A stretch of 64,000 nt of DNA from an uncultured bacterium. Lineage in GTDB: Bacteria; Krumholzibacteriota; Krumholzibacteriia; JACNKJ01. The stretch's first letter is position 1; every line of letters starts with the position of its first letter. A program made the translations under genes and the position numbers. The stretch lies in NCBI GenBank assembly GCA_963695095.1, contig CAVOFT010000001.1:416001-480000 (forward strand), in the 5' to 3' direction. The notes under the pieces are model-generated. The model was not told the DNA's origin, searched no databases, and worked only from the letters and a program-made list of their open reading frames with translations. This document shows, piece after piece, positions 10,429 to 20,765 of this stretch.

Positions 10429-11792
10429 CGGCGCTCCTTGAAGAGCCCCTGAATCGTGCCGACGTGCTTGGGTTTGACGATCACCACGGCCTCGTCGCCG
10501 GCCTGGATGACGGAGCCGCCCTGGGGAATGCTCGCCTTGCCGTCGCGATAGATGGCCCCGACGATGGCCTGTCGCTTGTAGGGCGCCCACACCTTGTAGA
10601 GCGGGCCGGCCGTGACCTTGCTGCCCGCGCCGGCGCGGATCTCCACCGACTCCAGGTCGAGGTTGCGCAGGTGGAGTTCCACCGACATGCGGCCGCGGGC
10701 GATGACGTCCATGATCTCCTGGGCGATGGCGCGCCGTGGGCTGATCACGTGGTTCACGCCGATCTCGCGGAAGAGGCGGTTGCTGGTGGGCTCGAGCGAG
10801 ATGGCGGCCACCTCCGCGCAGCCCTCCGAGCGGGCCAGCAGCGCGCCCATCACGTTGCGCGTGGTGTCGTTGCCGACGCCGGCGAAGAAGTCGGCGCGGC
10901 TGGCCGAGACCTCGCGCAGCACCTCGCGCTCGGTGGGGTCGCCGTGGATGACGTCGATGCCGTCCAGCCGCTTGGCGGCGCGCATGGCGTGATCGGGGTT
11001 CCAGTCTATCAGGGTGACCATCTCCACCCAGCTCGCCAGCTCCTCGCAGAGCTGGATGGCCGTGAGGCCGTCACCCGCGACGATGGCCCGCTTCACGCGC
11101 CGCTCCTCGAGACCGAGCAGCTCGAGGTAGCGATCCAGCGAATCGCGGGTGAAGGTGGTGGTGATGTCGTCGCCCTCGGCGATCACGTCGTCGCCGGCGG
11201 GGATCCAGGTCTTGCCCTCGGCCTCGCGGCGGAGGGAGACGGCGAGAAAGCGGTGGCTGCCGGTGAGGGCGGCGATCTCCATCAGCCGCTTGCCGATGAT
11301 CGGCATGCCCTCGCGCATGACGTGGCGGGCGAGGAGGATCTCGCCGTCGTGGTAGCTGAAGACCTCCACGGCGCCGGGGATGTGGGCGATCTGCGCGATC
11401 ACGCGCACCATGACGTGCTCGGGATCGATGACCCGCGTGACGCCCAGGGCCTCCAGATCGACGCGGCTGCCCTTGGCGCGGAACTCGCCGCTGCTGCGGA
11501 TGCGCGCCATGCGCGTGGGCACGCCGTACTGGGCGGCCAGGCTGCAGGCGAGGATGTTGGCCTCGTCCACGGAGCTGACGGCGAGCAGCATCTGGGCGTC
11601 GGCGATGCCGGCCTGCTCGAGCGAGCGCGGGCTGGCGCCGCTGCCCTCGACGACGAGGATGTCCAGCTTCTCGGCCAGCTCGGCGCAGCGCACGGCGTTC
11701 GGCTCCACCAGCGCCACGTCGTGCCCGGAGCGCTGCAGGTGCACCGCCAGCTCCGTGCCCACCGTGCCGCCGCCCACGATGACGATCTGCAC
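10425..11792 (-). CDS. trkA: TrkA potassium uptake regulatory subunit (two RCK modules)
   Basis: IVIVGGGTVG Rossmann start, DEANILAC, second NAD-binding module, adjacent to trkH. Confidence 0.92.
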   Translation of the reverse strand: MQIVIVGGGTVGTELAVHLQRSGHDVALVEPNAVRCAELAEKLDILVVEGSGASPRSLEQAGIADAQMLLAVSSVDEANILACSLAAQYGVPTRMARIRSSGEFRAKGSRVDLEALGVTRVIDPEHVMVRVIAQIAHIPGAVEVFSYHDGEILLARHVMREGMPIIGKRLMEIAALTGSHRFLAVSLRREAEGKTWIPAGDDVIAEGDDITTTFTRDSLDRYLELLGLEERRVKRAIVAGDGLTAIQLCEELASWVEMVTLIDWNPDHAMRAAKRLDGIDVIHGDPTEREVLREVSASRADFFAGVGNDTTRNVMGALLARSEGCAEVAAISLEPTSNRLFREIGVNHVISPRRAIAQEIMDVIARGRMSVELHLRNLDLESVEIRAGAGSKVTAGPLYKVWAPYKRQAIVGAIYRDGKASIPQGGSVIQAGDEAVVIVKPKHVGTIQGLFKERR

Positions 11793-11946
11793 CTGCCCTC
11801 CTTCGTCGATCCTGGCAGGGTAGCAAAATCGCGCAATCGTTGGGTAGGCTTGATTCCCCCTGCGAGATTCCCTGCTGACTGGCCGCGAAATCGGCTCCTC
11901 TCGGGGCCGATCAAGGGCCGCCCAACCCCGCCAGAGAGGAGTGTCC

Positions 11947-12152
11947 GTGCCCGCCGCACGCTATCTCGTCGATAAGGGCCTGCGGGTCTGGCTGAGCGGG
12001 CCGGGTACTTCGGCGCCATCGCCAAGCTGAGCGGCAAGGGCGCCCAGTTCAGGAGCCGGCCGATCGAGGACCCCGGAGGCCGGCAGGCGCTGCTCGCCGA
12101 TCCGTCGGGCAATCTCATCGAGCTCTTCGAACCCGCGCGCGAAATCGAATGA
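11947..12152 (+). pseudogene. VOC/glyoxalase-family remnant with internal deletions
   Basis: RBS GAGAGGA; PAARYLVD / LRVWLSGPGTSA in one frame and KGAQFRSRPIEDPGGRQALLADPSGNLIELFEP in another; middle of the fold missing. Confidence 0.7.
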
Positions 12153-12240
12153 GTGCGTAAGCCGCTGCGCGGTTTGCCGAGCGCCCGCTCCAAGCCCGCC
12201 CCCTGAAAAGCCGTCCGCAGGGAAACCCGGCTCTCCTGTC

Positions 12241-12269
12241 TTGATACCGAGTTAGCCCTCCCCTATACT
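12241..12269 (+). promoter_or_regulatory. Sigma70-type promoter TTGATA-N17-TATACT
   Basis: Near-consensus hexamers with 17-nt spacer upstream of the small ORF at 12334. Confidence 0.7.
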
Positions 12270-12333
12270 CGGCGGCGGCCCGGCGACGGGCCCCGATCCA
12301 GGTTGGCCGGGGATACCGGCGAGGGAGGCAGCG

Positions 12334-12510
12334 ATGTCGGCGCAGGAAATCGGGACGGTCAAGTCCGGGAAGGGAAAAACCTATCAAGTCAAGTGGGACA
12401 GCGCCTCCGGTGAGGTCTATGTGTCCTACGCGGGCTGGTCGGGTTGCGGGAAGGCGTCGTCGGCGGGCGATGCCATGCGGCGAGCCGAGGCCTACGTCTA
12501 CAACAAGTAA
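12334..12510 (+). CDS. 58-aa hypothetical protein (below ORF-track cutoff)
   Basis: GGGAGG RBS and upstream promoter; MSAQEIGTVKSGKGKTYQVKWDSASGEVYVSYAGWSGCGKASSAGDAMRRAEAYVYNK*. Confidence 0.75.
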   Translation: MSAQEIGTVKSGKGKTYQVKWDSASGEVYVSYAGWSGCGKASSAGDAMRRAEAYVYNK

Positions 12511-12566
12511 CCTGCCCTCACGATATCTCTGAGCAGGCTCATCCACAGACAGCGGGAGATGCGGTG

Positions 12567-12983
12567 ATGGCCAATGGCCTGGTGACGCCCGAGACCGTTT
12601 CCAAGGACATGCTGAAGGCGATGTTCGATGCGGCCTTCATGGAGGCTTCCTTCGACGAAGTTGGCGACCTCATGATCGTCGACGGAGGGGTCCAGTCCTT
12701 TGTCTTCATCAGCCCGGATTCCAGAGGCATCAAGGTGATGGCCTTGTTCGAGGCGACACCGACCGCGCAGCGAGTCGATCTGCTCGAGTTCGCGAACCAC
12801 ATCAACGAAGTGTACCCGATCGTTCGCACCACCCTCTCGCCCGATAGCCGCGCCATCAGCTTCGAGCACTTCATCTGCCTGCCCGGCGGAGTTCCACAAA
12901 TGACCATCGTGCAGGCGGCGAGACTTTTCGTCAGGGTCACGCGCGATGCCGTCAGCAAGCACGGCAAGGCGCTGATCGCCTAG
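12567..12983 (+). CDS. YbjN-like (T3SS-chaperone fold) domain protein
   Basis: ~138 aa; D.VGDL.I, LLEFANHINEVYPIVR, GG..QMTIVQAARLF pattern. Confidence 0.7.
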   Translation: MANGLVTPETVSKDMLKAMFDAAFMEASFDEVGDLMIVDGGVQSFVFISPDSRGIKVMALFEATPTAQRVDLLEFANHINEVYPIVRTTLSPDSRAISFEHFICLPGGVPQMTIVQAARLFVRVTRDAVSKHGKALIA

Positions 12984-13045
12984 AGCAGAGCTACGTTCAC
13001 CGGGTGTTCCGCAGTTGGGATTCTCACTGGCAGGGGAGGTCTGAG

Positions 13046-13378
13046 ATGGCGCATGGAGAGTTCCGTTTCAAGGGCAAGGGGCTGAGTTACTTCTGGCTGG
13101 GCCTCTGGACCAGCGTGCTGACCGCGGTGACCCTGGGTTTGTTCTGGCCCTGGGCGAGCACGGCGCAGACGCGCTGGATGGCTGAACACACCGCGATCGA
13201 CGGCAAGCAGCTCACCTTCAAGGGATCGGGCGCCGGCTTCTTCGGAACCTGGCTGCTCGTGGCCTTCCTGTCGATCATCACCTTGGGGCTCTACATGCCC
13301 TGGGGGTTTTGCCGCATCTTGCGCTGGCAGGTGAACAACCTCTACTTCGCCGACGCAGGCGACGTCGAGCATTCCTAG
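13046..13378 (+). CDS. Short DUF898-family membrane protein
   Basis: Repeated FxGxG..(VT/IT)LGL(F/Y).PW, IDGKQLTFKGSG. Confidence 0.8.
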   Translation: MAHGEFRFKGKGLSYFWLGLWTSVLTAVTLGLFWPWASTAQTRWMAEHTAIDGKQLTFKGSGAGFFGTWLLVAFLSIITLGLYMPWGFCRILRWQVNNLYFADAGDVEHS

Positions 13379-13479
13379 CCGCCGGGCGGGGGGCGATTCG
13401 CGCGAGGCGCCGCCCGCGTTCTCTTGAGCATCCCGCTGCAGAATCCGCTAGAGTGCTAGGCTCGCCTCGGAGGTCAGCC

Positions 13480-15633
13480 ATGCGCCTTAGCGCCATTCTG
13501 TTCACCATGCTAAGCCTCGTCGGCGCTGGGCGGGCCGTGGCCCTGCCACCTGCCTTCCCGGCCGGCGCCGAGGTCGACACGCTCTTCGGCGTCGTCGTGC
13601 CCGATCCCTATCGCCGCCTCGAGCACGGCGACGACCCGGCCGTCGCGAGCTGGATCGCGGCCCAGGAGGCGGAGACCCAGGCCGTGCTCGCGGCGATCCC
13701 GGGGTGCGATGCGCTGGCGGCGCGAATCGCCGAGCTGCGGGCCGGCGGCTCGGGCATCCTGCAGGCCATCGAGACGCCGGCGGGGCTCCTGCTCGTCCGG
13801 GAGCGCGCGCAGGGAATGCTGCTCACCGTTCGGGACCCGGACGGAAGCGGCTGGGCGCCCGCCGAGCGCGTCCTCTTCGCCGCCGCCGCCCATGCTCCCG
13901 GCGAGTCGCCGGCACTCCTCGCCAATGTGCCCGCGCCCGATGGCCGCCACGTCGCCATCGGCCGCACGCGCCAGGGCGATGCCGATCCCGAGATCCTCGT
14001 CGTCGAGACCGCCACGGGGCAGCTGCTTCCCGATCGCGTGGGGGACATCCTGCTCACGAGCGGCGGCAGCATCCGGCCGACCTGGCATCCCGACGGCTCC
14101 GGCTTCTTCTATCCGCGCGCCGAGCCGGGCGCGACGGCGGGCGAGCGCTTCTTCCGCGGCCGGATCTGCTTCCACCGGCTGGGCAGCGACCCCGCCCAGG
14201 ACGAGCCCGTCTTCGGCTTCGGGCTCTCCGCGGCCGTGCCGATGGCGCCGGCCGACACGCCGAGTCGCGCGATCACGGCGCCCGGTTCGCGCTGGCTCGT
14301 CGCCTACGTTTGGGAGGCGGCCTCCTTCGCCATCTCCATCTACGCGACGCCCCTGGACAGCCTTCGCGGCGCGGCCACGCCCTGGCGCGGCATCGGCGTG
14401 GCCGCCGACCAGCTGGACAGGCTGGTCCTCGTGGGCGATGTCGCCTACGCGCTCAGTGCCCGCGAGGCGCCGCGCGGCCGCCTCGTGCGCCGGCATCTCA
14501 GTGATCCGGCCGGCGCCTGGGAGACGGCCCTCCCCGAGCGCCCCGGCGTGCTCGTGGACCTGCGCGCGGCCGCGGACGCGCTCTACCTGAGCGAGCGCAT
14601 CGGCGGGGCCATGCGCCTGCATCGGCTGCCCTACGGCGCCGAGGCGGCGACCCCCATCGACCTGCCCCTCACCGGCACGCTCTCCCTGCACGCGCGGGCC
14701 GACGCGCCGGGTGTGCGGGTCACGATCGAGTCCTGGCTCGTGCCCCCGCAGAGCTTCCGCTACGAACCGGCGAGCGGCGTCCGGCGCTGCGCCGGCATCG
14801 AGCCGCCCGTCACCACGGACTTCGCGGGCGTCGTGGCCGAGCGCAGCGCGGCCCCCGCGCGGGATGGGGCCGCGATTCCCGTCTCGATCGTACGCTCGCG
14901 GACAATCGCGCTGGACGGCCGCGCGCCGCTCCTGCTCGAGGGGTACGGCACCAGCGGCGTGGCCGTCGATCCCGCCTTCCAGCCCGAGTTGCTCGCCTGG
15001 GTCGAGAGCGGCGGGATCTACGCCTTCGCGCACGTGCGCGGCGGCGGCGAGCTGGGCGATGCCTGGCACGAGGCCGCGCGGCGCGAGCGCCGGCCGGTCG
15101 CGACCGCCGACTTCATCGATGTCGCTGAGCACCTCATCGCCGAGGGCTACACCGGGCGCGGGCGCATCGCGCTGATGGGCATCAGCGGCGGCGGGCTGCT
15201 CGTCGGCAACGCCATCGTCGACCGGCCGGAGCTCTTCGGGGCGGCGATCCACGATGTCAGCCCCGCCGACCTGGTCGGCATGGCTCGCCAGCCGACCGGC
15301 GCCCGCAATCTGAGCGAGTACGGCTGGGACGAAACCGCCGCGGGCCTGCGCGCGGTGCTGGCTGCCTCGCCCTACCATCGCGTGCGCGACGGCCTCGCCT
15401 ACCCGGCGGTGCTCGTGCACAGCGGCGCGGAGGATTACAACTTCGGACCCGGTCAGGGCGCCAAGTTCGTGGCCCGACTCCAGGCCGCGAAACGCGGCCA
15501 GCTGCCCGTGCTCCTGGACCTCGAGCGCGAAGGCGGCCACGATGCCTATCTCTTCGGCCCGCCGGCGGGGCTCGCGCGCGCCTTCGCCTTTGCTTTCTGG
15601 CAGCTCGGGCACCCGGACTTCCAGCCGCGCTGA
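13480..15633 (+). CDS. Secreted prolyl oligopeptidase (S9A)
   Basis: Signal peptide, DTLFG..VPDPYR.LE, DG..IP, GYG, RGGGELG..WH, GISGGG nucleophile, GGH. Confidence 0.9.
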   Translation: MRLSAILFTMLSLVGAGRAVALPPAFPAGAEVDTLFGVVVPDPYRRLEHGDDPAVASWIAAQEAETQAVLAAIPGCDALAARIAELRAGGSGILQAIETPAGLLLVRERAQGMLLTVRDPDGSGWAPAERVLFAAAAHAPGESPALLANVPAPDGRHVAIGRTRQGDADPEILVVETATGQLLPDRVGDILLTSGGSIRPTWHPDGSGFFYPRAEPGATAGERFFRGRICFHRLGSDPAQDEPVFGFGLSAAVPMAPADTPSRAITAPGSRWLVAYVWEAASFAISIYATPLDSLRGAATPWRGIGVAADQLDRLVLVGDVAYALSAREAPRGRLVRRHLSDPAGAWETALPERPGVLVDLRAAADALYLSERIGGAMRLHRLPYGAEAATPIDLPLTGTLSLHARADAPGVRVTIESWLVPPQSFRYEPASGVRRCAGIEPPVTTDFAGVVAERSAAPARDGAAIPVSIVRSRTIALDGRAPLLLEGYGTSGVAVDPAFQPELLAWVESGGIYAFAHVRGGGELGDAWHEAARRERRPVATADFIDVAEHLIAEGYTGRGRIALMGISGGGLLVGNAIVDRPELFGAAIHDVSPADLVGMARQPTGARNLSEYGWDETAAGLRAVLAASPYHRVRDGLAYPAVLVHSGAEDYNFGPGQGAKFVARLQAAKRGQLPVLLDLEREGGHDAYLFGPPAGLARAFAFAFWQLGHPDFQPR

Positions 15634-15711
15634 GCCCGCTGCCGCCTCGGGCAGAGTTCCTTCTGCTGACGCACAAAGGCAGGGATGCCGAGCGAGGTGA
15701 GCGGCACTGGC

Positions 15712-15763
15712 CGAGGCGGAGTGTACACGTGTACAAAGCGAGGCGGAGTGTACACGTGTACAA
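15712..15763. repeat. Tandem 25-bp direct repeat (27-bp period), each copy containing palindrome TGTACACGTGTACA
   Basis: CGAGGCGGAGTGTACACGTGTACAA at 15712-15736 and 15739-15763. Confidence 0.95.
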
Positions 15764-15940
15764 GACGAGCCGCCCTACCAGGTGGTGATCTACCGCCGTG
15801 AAGAGCGTGCCGGCCTCCGTCTGCCCGACGGCCGCCGCTCGCCCCCTGAGGGCGTGCGGGGCTCGCCTTGCTGCCCCGCATTTTCCCCTGTATCCCGCCG
15901 CCAAATCGGCTACCCTGGGGGCCCAGCCAGGAGGTCGACG

Positions 15941-16462
15941 ATGCGCCGTGGCGCCCTACTGATCGCAGCACTCGCACTCATGCTCGGCGGCTGTCGCGAA
16001 AGCGCACAGGACCGCGAACAGCCGGCCGCCGCGCCCGAGCCCGAGCCTCCGGCCGCCGCGGCGCTCAGCGACGAGGCCACGCAGGCCCTCGCCAAGCTCA
16101 CCGCGGGCGAAGGTGCCGGCAAGCAGGTGATCAGCAGCGCCAGCGGCCTCCACGCCCTCGACCTCGCCGTGGGTGACGGCGTCATGCCCCTGCGCGGGCA
16201 GACCTGCGTCACCAACGCCACGCTCTGGCTGCTGGACGGCAGCAAGGTCTGGAGTTCGCTGGACGGCGGCGAGCCCTTCGAGTTCGTGCTCGGCGGCGGC
16301 CAGGTGATCAAGGGCTGGGACGAGGGCGTGGCCGGCATGAGCCCGGGCGGCAAGCGCCGCCTCGCCGTGCCGCCGGAGCTGGGTTACGGCGCCGCGGGTC
16401 GGCCGCCGGTGCCGCCGAACGCCTGGCTCATCTTCGAGATCGACCTGCTGGCGGTGAAGTAG
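15941..16462 (+). CDS. FKBP-type peptidyl-prolyl isomerase, lipoprotein
   Basis: Lipobox LGGC; PFEFVLG.GQVIKGWDEGV.GM.PGGKR.L.VPPELGYG, PPNA.LIFEIDLL. Confidence 0.92.
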   Translation: MRRGALLIAALALMLGGCRESAQDREQPAAAPEPEPPAAAALSDEATQALAKLTAGEGAGKQVISSASGLHALDLAVGDGVMPLRGQTCVTNATLWLLDGSKVWSSLDGGEPFEFVLGGGQVIKGWDEGVAGMSPGGKRRLAVPPELGYGAAGRPPVPPNAWLIFEIDLLAVK

Positions 16463-16465
16463 CGC

Positions 16466-17308
16466 ATGAGCGCCCTCCACACCGTGCGCGACGCGCGGGG
16501 CCAAGGCCTCCCGGCCGGCGGCTACGCGCGCGTCGTCTCGCTGGTGCCCAGCATCACGGAAACGCTCATCGAATTGGGCCTGGGCGAGCGCCTCGTCGGC
16601 CGCACGCGCTTCTGCGTGCACCCGGCCGCCGCGGTGGAGGCGCTGCCCACCGTGGGCGGCACGAAGACGCCGGATCTGGACGCCATCCGCGACTTGACGC
16701 CCGATCTCGTGCTCGCCTGCCGTGAAGAGAATCGCCGCGAGGACGTCGAGGCCCTCGAGGACGCCGGCATCGCCGTGCACCTCATCGACCCGCGCACGCT
16801 GGACGACGTGCGCGAGGCCCTCACCGGCCTGGCCGCGCTGCTCGAGGCGCGCCCGCAGGTGGAGGCCCTGCTGCTCGAGCTCGCCGCCGCCCGCGCCCGC
16901 GCCGCCGCCTTCGCTCGCACACTCGCGGAAGCGCGGGGCGGGGCGCCCAGCGCCCTCTGCTTCATCTGGCGCCAGCCCTGGATGCTGGCGGGACAGGACT
17001 GCTACATCAACGGCGTGATGAACGCGCTCGGCCTCGCCAACCGCGCGCCGGAGACGGGCCGCTACCCGGCCCTGGCCCCCGAGGCGCTGGCCGCCCTGCG
17101 CCCGGCCCTGCTGCTGTTGCCGGACGAGCCCTACGCCTTCAGCGCCCAGCACGCTTCCGAGCTGTTCGCCCTCGGCGTTGCGCGCGAGCCCGCCGACTGC
17201 CTTCTTGTCGAAGGCGAGCTGCTGAGCTGGTACGGCAGCCGCAGCCCGCGCGCCCTCGACACCCTCGGCCGGCAACTGGCCGCCCACTTCGGCCTCGCCG
17301 CGCCCTGA
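16466..17308 (+). CDS. Helical-backbone metal receptor (BtuF-like), no evident signal peptide
   Basis: [48 protein letters not shown]. Confidence 0.85.
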   Translation: MSALHTVRDARGQGLPAGGYARVVSLVPSITETLIELGLGERLVGRTRFCVHPAAAVEALPTVGGTKTPDLDAIRDLTPDLVLACREENRREDVEALEDAGIAVHLIDPRTLDDVREALTGLAALLEARPQVEALLLELAAARARAAAFARTLAEARGGAPSALCFIWRQPWMLAGQDCYINGVMNALGLANRAPETGRYPALAPEALAALRPALLLLPDEPYAFSAQHASELFALGVAREPADCLLVEGELLSWYGSRSPRALDTLGRQLAAHFGLAAP

Positions 17309-17331
17309 ACCCGCCGCCCCGGAGGCAGGCC

Positions 17332-17757
17332 ATGCCCGATCGCCCGCTCGTCAGCATCACCCGTGTCCTCACCTTCGCGGCCGCGCATCGGCTCTACAAC
17401 CCCGACTGGCCCGACGCGAAGAACTGGGAAGTCTTCGGCCACTGCAACAACTTCTACGGCCATGGCCACGACTACGACGTGCACGTGACCCTGCGCGGGC
17501 CGGCGGATCCCGAGACGGGCATGATCATCAACCTGAATCAGGTGGACCAGGTCGCGCGCCGCGAGATCATCGAGCCCTGCGACCACAAGCACCTCAACCA
17601 CGACGTGGACTTCCTGCGCGGGCTGAACCCGACCACCGAGAACCTCGCCGTGGCCTTCTGGCAGCGCCTGGCCCCGCACTTCGGCGGCCTGCTCTTCGAG
17701 GTGCGCGTGCAGGAGAACCCCCGCAACTGGTGCGTCTACCGCGGCGAGAAGGAGTAG
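17332..17757 (+). CDS. 6-pyruvoyl-tetrahydropterin synthase, PTPS-II-type CX5HGH motif
   Basis: [35 protein letters not shown]. Confidence 0.9.
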   Translation: MPDRPLVSITRVLTFAAAHRLYNPDWPDAKNWEVFGHCNNFYGHGHDYDVHVTLRGPADPETGMIINLNQVDQVARREIIEPCDHKHLNHDVDFLRGLNPTTENLAVAFWQRLAPHFGGLLFEVRVQENPRNWCVYRGEKE

Positions 17758-17759
17758 CC

Positions 17760-18320
17760 ATGCGTGAAGCCATCCGGGCCATTCTCGAGCACGTGGGCGA
17801 GGACCCCGATCGCGAGGGGCTCAAGGACACGCCCGAGCGCGTGCACCACGCCTACCACTACCTCACGCGCGGCTATCGCATGGATCCGGCCACGATCATC
17901 GGCCGCGCGGTCTTCAATGAGGCCTACAACGAGATGGTCGTGGTGCGGGACATCGACTTCTACAGCCTCTGCGAGCACCACCTGCTGCCCTTCTACGGCC
18001 GCGCGCACGTGGCCTACGTGCCCGATGGCAAGATCGTCGGGCTGTCCAAGATCCCGCGCCTGGTGGACGTCTTCAGCCGCCGCTTGCAGGTGCAGGAGCG
18101 CCTTACCCAGCAGATCGCCACCACGCTGGAGGAGCAGCTCGAGCCCCAGGGCGTGGCCGTGGTGCTCGAGGGCTTCCACATGTGCATGGCCATGCGCGGG
18201 GTCGAGAAGCAGAACGCCTGGATGACCACCAGCGCCATGCGCGGCATCTTCGAGTCGAGCACGCGCACGCGCGACGAGTTTCTAGTGCTGATCCGCGGCA
18301 TCAGTAACCGCGGGCGCTAA
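17760..18320 (+). CDS. folE: GTP cyclohydrolase I
   Basis: [52 protein letters not shown]. Confidence 0.97.
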   Translation: MREAIRAILEHVGEDPDREGLKDTPERVHHAYHYLTRGYRMDPATIIGRAVFNEAYNEMVVVRDIDFYSLCEHHLLPFYGRAHVAYVPDGKIVGLSKIPRLVDVFSRRLQVQERLTQQIATTLEEQLEPQGVAVVLEGFHMCMAMRGVEKQNAWMTTSAMRGIFESSTRTRDEFLVLIRGISNRGR

Positions 18321-18396
18321 AGCGCGGCCGCACGCGCTAACGCGCGGCCGCGCGCGCCAGCGCCGCGCGGGCAGGGCCGCGCCGGGAGGTCAAGCC

Positions 18397-20702
18397 GTGT
18401 CCAACGCCAGCCCCGCGGGCCAGCGCCTGCCCCAGCCCTACATCGCCGCCGCCACGCTGATGCCCGAGTTCACGCTGCGGGCGGTGATCGTCGGCACCAT
18501 CCTCGGCATGATCTTCGGCGCCTCGTCGCTCTACCTGGTGCTCAAGGTCGGCCTGACCGTGAGCGCCTCGATCCCGGTGGCGGTGATCTCGATCACGCTG
18601 TTCCGGCTGGCTTCCAAGCTGGGCGTGCCGCGACGCCACGATCCTCGAGAACAACATCGTGCAGACGGCCGGCTCGGCCGGCGAGTCGATCGCCTTCGGC
18701 GTCGGCGTGACGATGCCGGCGATCATGATCCTCGGCTTCGACCTCGAGCTGACGCGCGTGATGCTGGTCGCCGTGCTCGGCGGCCTGCTCGGCATCCTGA
18801 TGATGATTCCGCTGCGCCGCGCGCTGATCGTGCAGCAGCACGGCCTGCTCAAGTACCCCGAGGGCACGGCCTGCGCCGAGGTGCTGAAGGCGGGCGCCTC
18901 GGACGAGTCGCGCGCCGCTGGCCTCGGACGAGGCGAAGGAGGAGGAGCGCGCCGCCGCCGCGGCCGGCCTCAAGGCGGGCACCAGCGGGCGCACGATCTT
19001 CACCGGCTTCGGCATCGGCCTGCTCTACAAGACGGCGATGGTGGCGTTCAAGGCCTGGAAGGACGTGCCCGAGAAGCATCTTCGGCGCGCCCTTCAAGGC
19101 GGGCTCCATCTCGGCCGAGATCACCCCCGAGCTGCTCGGCGTGGGCTACATCATCGGGCCGAAGATCGCCGCGGTCATGTGCGGCGGCGGCGTGCTGGCC
19201 TACCTGCTGCTGATCCCGCTCATCAAGTTCTTCGGCGAGGCCATTCCCGGCGCGCTCTCGCCGGGCACGATCCCGATCAGCGAGATGGCGCCCGAACGCA
19301 GATCCGCGGCGCCTACGTGCTCTACATCGGCGCCGGCGCCGTGGCGGCGGGCGGCATCATCAGCCTCGTCCGCTCGCTGCCCGTCATCTGGCACGGCATC
19401 CGCGAGGGCCTGCGCGACGTGAGCCTGGGCGGCAAGGCGGGCGTCGACCCGCACCGCACCGAGCACGACCTGCCGATGACGCTTCGTCTTCGGCGGCATC
19501 CTGGCCATCATCGTGGCCATCGTGCTCGCGCCGCCCCTGCACATGAACCTGCTCGGCGCGCTGCTCATCGTGCTGTTCGGCTTCCTCTTCGTGACCGTGT
19601 CATCGCGGCTGACGGGCGAGATCGGCTCGTCCTCCAACCCGATCTCGGGCATGACCGTGGCCACGCTGCTGCTCACCTGCCTGATCTTCCTGGCCATCGG
19701 CTGGACGGGCGGCAACCACTACGTGACCGCGCTCTCGGTGGGCGCCATCGTCTGCATCGCCGCCTCGAACGGCGGCACGACCTCGCAGGACCTGAAGACC
19801 GGCTTCCTCGTCGGCGCCACGCCGCGGCTGCAGCAGATCGTCGATCCTGATCGGCGCGCTGGTCTCGGCGCTGATGCTCGGGCCCATCCTGCTCAAGCTG
19901 AACGACACGGCGACGGTCTACGTGCCGGCCGCCGAGGTGGCGCCGCGGGCTCGTCACCGATCCCGGGCCGCTCGACGCAGCGCGAGTCCCTGCGCGGGCC
20001 GCAGGCGCGCGCGGACGGGGCGAGCTATCGCGTCTGGCAGAAGCGCGACAACGAGGGCGGCCCCGCGGGCAAGTACCTGGTGGACGACGCGGGGCGCGCG
20101 GTCTACCTGGTGGACCCGGGCATCAACGGCGCCTACACGCAGCGGCCGGATGGGACCAGCGTGCGCAAGTTCGACGCGCCCAAGGCCACGCTGATGAGCT
20201 ACATCATCACGCGGCATCCTGGACCGGCAGCTGCCCTGGGCGCTGGTGCTCTTCGGCGTGATGATCGCGGTCATCCTGGAGATGGCGGGCATTCCGTCGC
20301 TGGCCTTCGCGGTGGGCGTCTACCTGCCGCTGTCGTCGTCGACGCCGATCTTCGTCGGCGGCATGATCCGCTGGCTGGTGGACCGGTTCCGGCGCCGCGA
20401 GCTGAAGCGCGCGGGCGCGGCGGCCAGCGCCGAGCAGCTTGCCGCCGAGAGCGACAAGAGCCCCGGCGTGCTGATGGCCTCGGGCTACATCGCGGGCGGG
20501 GCGATCGCGGGCATCGTGATCGCCTTCATGGCCGGCGTGCTGATGGGCCTGGACGAGAAGCTCACGCGCTGGGCGGCCGCGCACAACCCCTTCTACGGCG
20601 GCGCCTCGGCGGACCTGCTCGCGCTGATGCCCTTCGTGCTGCTGAGCGCTGCTGCTCTTCTTGGTAGGCCGCGAGAAGCTGCTGGCTGGGCGCGCGCGGT
20701 AG
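18397..20702 (+). CDS. OPT-family oligopeptide transporter with many frameshifts (about 9; assembly error or pseudogene)
   Basis: [89 protein letters not shown] spread across frames. Confidence 0.88.
20482..20690 (+). repeat. Copy 1 of duplicated OPT 3' end
   Basis: Aligns by eye with 22003-22195 (GYIAGGAIA...DEKL.RWA). Confidence 0.85.
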
Positions 20703-20722
20703 GATTGCCCCACGGGCTCTCT

Positions 20723-20760
20723 GGCGCGAATGCGCCGCCCGCTGAAACCAGTTGTTAGGT
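20723..20760 (-). mobile_element. Truncated integron attC site (R''-L'' half only)
   Basis: Minus strand, 5 nt after the DHFR-family stop: ACCTAAC-AACTGG-TTTCAGCGGGCGGCGCATTCGCGCC; matching L'/R' arm absent. Confidence 0.65.
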
Positions 20761-20765
20761 CGCCT

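Noticed and set aside
15712..15763. CRISPR array
   Set aside because: Only two units separated by 2 nt, no unique spacers and no cas genes in the window.
17332..17757. queD (queuosine pathway)
   Set aside because: Motif is CX5HGH rather than CX3HGH, and no queC/queE genes are nearby.
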